From positions 3,475 to 67,474 of the forward strand of contig CACVAX010000050.1 in assembly GCA_902727935.1 (NCBI GenBank): DNA of 64,000 nt, read 5' to 3'. Below are positions 60,416-64,000 of the stretch, one piece after another. How positions within the stretch are numbered: position 1 is the first letter of the stretch; each line of letters opens with the position of its first letter. The stretch comes from an uncultured Sulfurovum sp. (lineage in GTDB: Bacteria > Campylobacterota > Campylobacteria > Campylobacterales > Sulfurovaceae). Below the pieces are notes generated by a model. It was not told the origin of the DNA, searched no databases, and worked only from the letters and a program-made list of their open reading frames with translations. The translations under genes were made by a program, and so were the position numbers.

Positions 60416-62299
60416 TTATAATTCATACAAAAAAGAAACCAATACCCTAACTTCTTCCCCTATTTTTTTAGTAATTAACTGTTTTAAATATTGCTTCTCC
60501 TCATTAGATAAAATATCTGAAGAAACCACTTCACAACGTACCTCTTTTCCTTGAAAATCAATATTTTTAAGATAAATATTTTTACTGCTAATCGTTGTCT
60601 TAAATTCTAAAAGTTGTTGTTTGATTTCTATTTTATGTTTCATTTTTGAAAAAGAAATCACAAGAGGTACAGAAACAAGTCCCACTAAAATAAATGCATA
60701 AAATATCCCTTTTTTAGCCACAGCCACAGGAGAAAAACCAAGCATTAAAAAAGTTAAAGAAGCAGCCAATACAATACCCACTAAATTTGTGATAAAAAGT
60801 AAAAGTGCAGAGCTAAACATGCTCCATTCTCCCCAACCAAGTCCAATACCAGAGACAGCCAAAGGGGGTACTAAAGCAACAGCAATGGCAACACCAGCTA
60901 AAGAACCTATTATCTTCTCATTTGATTTAGCATAAGCAGCTGCAATGCCTGAAACAATGGCCACTAACATGTCTAAAATGGTAGGAGATAAACGACCATT
61001 CATCTCCGAAGTCACCTGTTCTAGTGGCACTAACCATGAGATAAACATGGCTGATAATAAAACAGCCATAACACCCACAAACACACTTTTTGTACCATCC
61101 ATAAATAAGGCAATATCTTGACGAAGTAGCCCCATACTCACCCCAACAATCGGTTGCATCAATGGTGCTAAAAGCATCGCTCCAATAATGACTGAAGCTG
61201 AATTAATATACAAACCAAATGTAGCAATCATGGTCGCTAAAATCAATAATGTCATAAACGTAGCATTTAACTTACTCTCTTCACGTAAGTTTGTAAAAAG
61301 AGAAGCAAACTGTTCATAACTGGCATGAGAAAAAAGAGGAATACTCTTTTCTAAATAGCTGGACATCTCTTTATCTGAAGGTAAATGCTTAACACGAACA
61401 CTCTCTTTAATCTCTTTAACGGGACTGCTCATTACCCAAAACGCTTCACCTACAGAAAGAGCCAGTGCTTCTTTTTTGGTTTCTAAAACAATTGGGGTAT
61501 GTAAAGAGTTCACAGAGTCAATGGTTACAGGAAGTTCTCTTTGCACTTCTACCTGAAGTTTATGACTATGAATATAACCTACTGAATTCGGTAAAGTTTT
61601 GGGTGTTCTTTTTAAAATATGTGACTGAAAGATATAGCCCATGTACTCCAAAATAGAACTTGGTGAAAGTATCACTAATGAGAGACGTGAATCATTAAAT
61701 TTTAAATACTTAGCAATCAATTTAGCAGCAAAAGTACGGTTATTATACTCTACTCCCACAGCACCAATGGCCGAAAATTTTAATACTTTTTCTTTGGCTG
61801 TTGTAATGGTAAACGAAGTATGTGTTAACAGCTTTATCCTCTTAAGCATTGAAAAGAAAGATTTACTTCGCTCCCAAAAAGATAACTTTTCCATTGAAGA
61901 AGAAAAAGAATCCAAAGGAGGCACTTCTCCAATAACCACCTCTTGTAACACAAGTTTTTCATTACAATAAAGTAAATCGAGCTTCTTATCACAAGGCGTT
62001 AACGCTAAGTCTACTTGTTTTTCTAAAGTATTGGGCAAATTAAACGTACTTTTGAGTTCTTTTTGAGTGCCATGAGGAATAATTCCTAAGCTCAAAGACT
62101 TTTTTGAAGTAAAATCCATCACTTTTTTAATATCATTGACACATGCTGAAACAAGTAGATGTTCTCCCTCTTTAAGCGTTAAAGTTTCAAGTTTATCAAT
62201 TGCTGTAGGAACTAACGCTATCTTTTTACTTTTTGCATAAACAATAGCCAAAGCTGCCAAAGATTCATACTCTTTGGTATAAATGTAGTGATATTTCAT
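60416..62299 (-). CDS. DUF389/TIGR00341 membrane protein with a diacylglycerol-kinase-like N-terminal region
   Basis: SASVIIGAMLLAPLM and AGVAIAVALVPP motifs; N-terminal LGIIPHG and LDLLYCN resemble a degenerate DAGK fold. Confidence 0.8.
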   Translation of the reverse strand: MKYHYIYTKEYESLAALAIVYAKSKKIALVPTAIDKLETLTLKEGEHLLVSACVNDIKKVMDFTSKKSLSLGIIPHGTQKELKSTFNLPNTLEKQVDLALTPCDKKLDLLYCNEKLVLQEVVIGEVPPLDSFSSSMEKLSFWERSKSFFSMLKRIKLLTHTSFTITTAKEKVLKFSAIGAVGVEYNNRTFAAKLIAKYLKFNDSRLSLVILSPSSILEYMGYIFQSHILKRTPKTLPNSVGYIHSHKLQVEVQRELPVTIDSVNSLHTPIVLETKKEALALSVGEAFWVMSSPVKEIKESVRVKHLPSDKEMSSYLEKSIPLFSHASYEQFASLFTNLREESKLNATFMTLLILATMIATFGLYINSASVIIGAMLLAPLMQPIVGVSMGLLRQDIALFMDGTKSVFVGVMAVLLSAMFISWLVPLEQVTSEMNGRLSPTILDMLVAIVSGIAAAYAKSNEKIIGSLAGVAIAVALVPPLAVSGIGLGWGEWSMFSSALLLFITNLVGIVLAASLTFLMLGFSPVAVAKKGIFYAFILVGLVSVPLVISFSKMKHKIEIKQQLLEFKTTISSKNIYLKNIDFQGKEVRCEVVSSDILSNEEKQYLKQLITKKIGEEVRVLVSFLYEL

Positions 62300-62347
62300 A
62301 TTTTTTAAACTCCTATTTTAAAAAGTTAAAAAGGTGCATTAGGATAT

Positions 62348-63313
62348 TTATTTTTCAACTTTAAAAAAGAAACTACCCTTAAGAGAAGTTGATTCCCAAG
62401 AAATTTGCTTTTTATTCGTATTGTTTTCAACGCTTACCCTTACCCTTTTAAACATCTCTTCTATGGGAATATTGGCTGTTCTCATGTGTTCGAGTAATGC
62501 TGAGGTATAAACACCGTTGGTTCCTGCTTCTCCGTCAGATGCTGTATTGCCAGGAGCCGTTGAATACGCAATAAGTGAACCTGAAGGGGCATTCATAAAA
62601 GCCAGTCCACCCCCACCTCCATTGAGTCTAACAGCACGATTCCAACTTCTTTCAAAGGGGTTATTTCTACAAGCATCCAAAATAATAATATTGGTTTTTG
62701 ATTTAGCATCTTCCATTTTGGCTAAAATTCTACCTGCATCAATGGAGTTATACTCCACATCTTTTTTTGAACTAATTTTGGCATCAACAGGAATCAAATA
62801 ATTTTTTCCATTAACTTGTATACCATGCCCTGCATAAAAAAAGAGGCTAACATCATACTGATCTAATAGATTTCCAAAATTATCCACGGCTCTTTTCATC
62901 TCTGATTGACTTAAATCTTCATGACTAATAACTTTAAAACCTAACTCTTCTAGTGCCGTAGCCATTCCTCTAGCATCATTAATCGGATTGGCAAGACGAC
63001 CTGCATTAGCATAACTGGCATTACCAATTACCAATGCTACCCTCTTTTGATTGGCAACTGAAGGAAGATCTTTTTTAGCAACAGGTACATACAGTTGCGT
63101 CACATTTGTTTTGGCAACTGTTGGTCTATTTGAGGTAGTAGCCCCATCACCACTAAATGAATGGTGAGATAAAGCCCTATTATAATGTCCTGTTCGGACA
63201 TTTAACTCTCCAGAAGAGGCAAGGGGAACAACAACACCAAGCTTAGACTCTTGACATCCAGTCAAAAAAACAATCAAGAACAAGAGAGTGTAAACATGAA
63301 TTTTTAGCATCAT
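62348..63313 (-). CDS. Caspase-like (peptidase C14) lipoprotein
   Basis: Lipobox LTGC; ALVIGN..Y, LANPINDA, YAGHG (His) and LDACR (Cys) motifs. Confidence 0.9.
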   Translation of the reverse strand: MMLKIHVYTLLFLIVFLTGCQESKLGVVVPLASSGELNVRTGHYNRALSHHSFSGDGATTSNRPTVAKTNVTQLYVPVAKKDLPSVANQKRVALVIGNASYANAGRLANPINDARGMATALEELGFKVISHEDLSQSEMKRAVDNFGNLLDQYDVSLFFYAGHGIQVNGKNYLIPVDAKISSKKDVEYNSIDAGRILAKMEDAKSKTNIIILDACRNNPFERSWNRAVRLNGGGGGLAFMNAPSGSLIAYSTAPGNTASDGEAGTNGVYTSALLEHMRTANIPIEEMFKRVRVSVENNTNKKQISWESTSLKGSFFFKVEK

Positions 63314-64000
63314 CTATTGACTCTTCCATTCTCTAACTTTTGAATTTTGTTTATTTAATGTTTCTACTCTTGTCATTGCTTTAATATACAACTCCTCTGT
63401 AGGAAGAAGTCGATTTGCTTTACTGTATAAATTAAACGCATCTCTATAATTACTTTGACTCTCTTTGATAACACCAATATTATAATAAGAGGCTGCAACA
63501 CTCTTAGTAGATTCTGCTTGACCAATACATTGGTCCCAAATAGCCAAAGCTTGTTCAACTCTACCGTTTTCAATATAGGTAATTCCTAATTTTACACTAT
63601 CACTATCACCCTCTTGAAGTTCTCGGCTAACCTTCTCTTTATGAGGGGAAACTGCTTGAATAATTTTTGTAGCAATTTTTTGAAGAGAATTATTAATAAT
63701 CTCTTCATCTGAAATAGCACTCATTCGAGCCTTTGATGCACTTTGGCTAGAGTACCAGCTATCCTCAAATTCTTCACTAATAGACTCTCCAAAAATCACA
63801 CTGTTATCTTGAATACGCGTAAGAGAGTAGTCTATTTTTAAGAGGTGTTTTTTCTGATAAGTATAACCATAACAAGTTGATTTAACTTTTTTCCCATCAA
63901 TTTTCTTTTCACAATCATAGCTAGAACTACTGTTCTCTTGATGCACTGTTCCAATATATAATACACCACTCAATACAGCCTCCTCTCCTTGTTCTACAAT
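63314..64000 (-). CDS. TPR-containing protein, 5' end outside the window
   Basis: Frame open to 64000; TPR-like AASYYNIGV...A..LY.KA near the C-terminus; abuts the caspase gene. Confidence 0.7.
   Translation of the reverse strand: MVEQGEEAVLSGVLYIGTVHQENSSSSYDCEKKIDGKKVKSTCYGYTYQKKHLLKIDYSLTRIQDNSVIFGESISEEFEDSWYSSQSASKARMSAISDEEIINNSLQKIATKIIQAVSPHKEKVSRELQEGDSDSVKLGITYIENGRVEQALAIWDQCIGQAESTKSVAASYYNIGVIKESQSNYRDAFNLYSKANRLLPTEELYIKAMTRVETLNKQNSKVREWKSQ

Noticed and set aside
1-64000. CRISPR array, rRNA, tRNA, integrase or transposase genes
   Set aside because: No regularly spaced repeat-spacer pattern, tRNA/rRNA signature or recombinase motif was seen by eye. Not confirmed computationally.

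Overview
AT-rich chromosomal window whose gene content and order point to a Campylobacterota, probably a Sulfurovum-like sulfur oxidiser (inference). The backbone is housekeeping: mlaE, acpS, trxA-trxB, dnaB, ispG, priA, uvrB, ppk1, the rplS-trmD-rimM-khpA-rpsP-ffh block, waaA, glyQ, purE, nadA, plsY, hsrA plus a kinase, ppx, bamA and tyrA. I saw no rRNA, tRNA or CRISPR array. The main accessory element is an operon (35826-43103) lying between the RluA-family gene and ffh. It encodes (i) a 1482-aa Sec-exported protein with three CBM2-like modules, Ig/Fn3 repeats, an FccA-like diheme cytochrome c, a third cytochrome c and DUF1592/1588-type modules, (ii) a Tat-exported DUF1552 protein, (iii) a Tat-exported flavocytochrome c sulfide dehydrogenase flavoprotein, and (iv) an unannotated 38-aa membrane peptide. 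This is a candidate polysaccharide-tethered, sulfide-linked electron-transfer system. Other notable items are a LAGLIDADG intein in the DnaB P-loop and a REP-like palindromic doublet read in frame inside priA. priA also appears to use a non-canonical start codon. An ABC-ATPase plus PD-(D/E)xK-like pair is coupled to the glyQ start. A small decayed defence patch holds a frameshifted PIN toxin and a type III restriction fragment. There is also a pilin triplet and a caspase-like lipoprotein. All family assignments come from motif recognition, not database searches.
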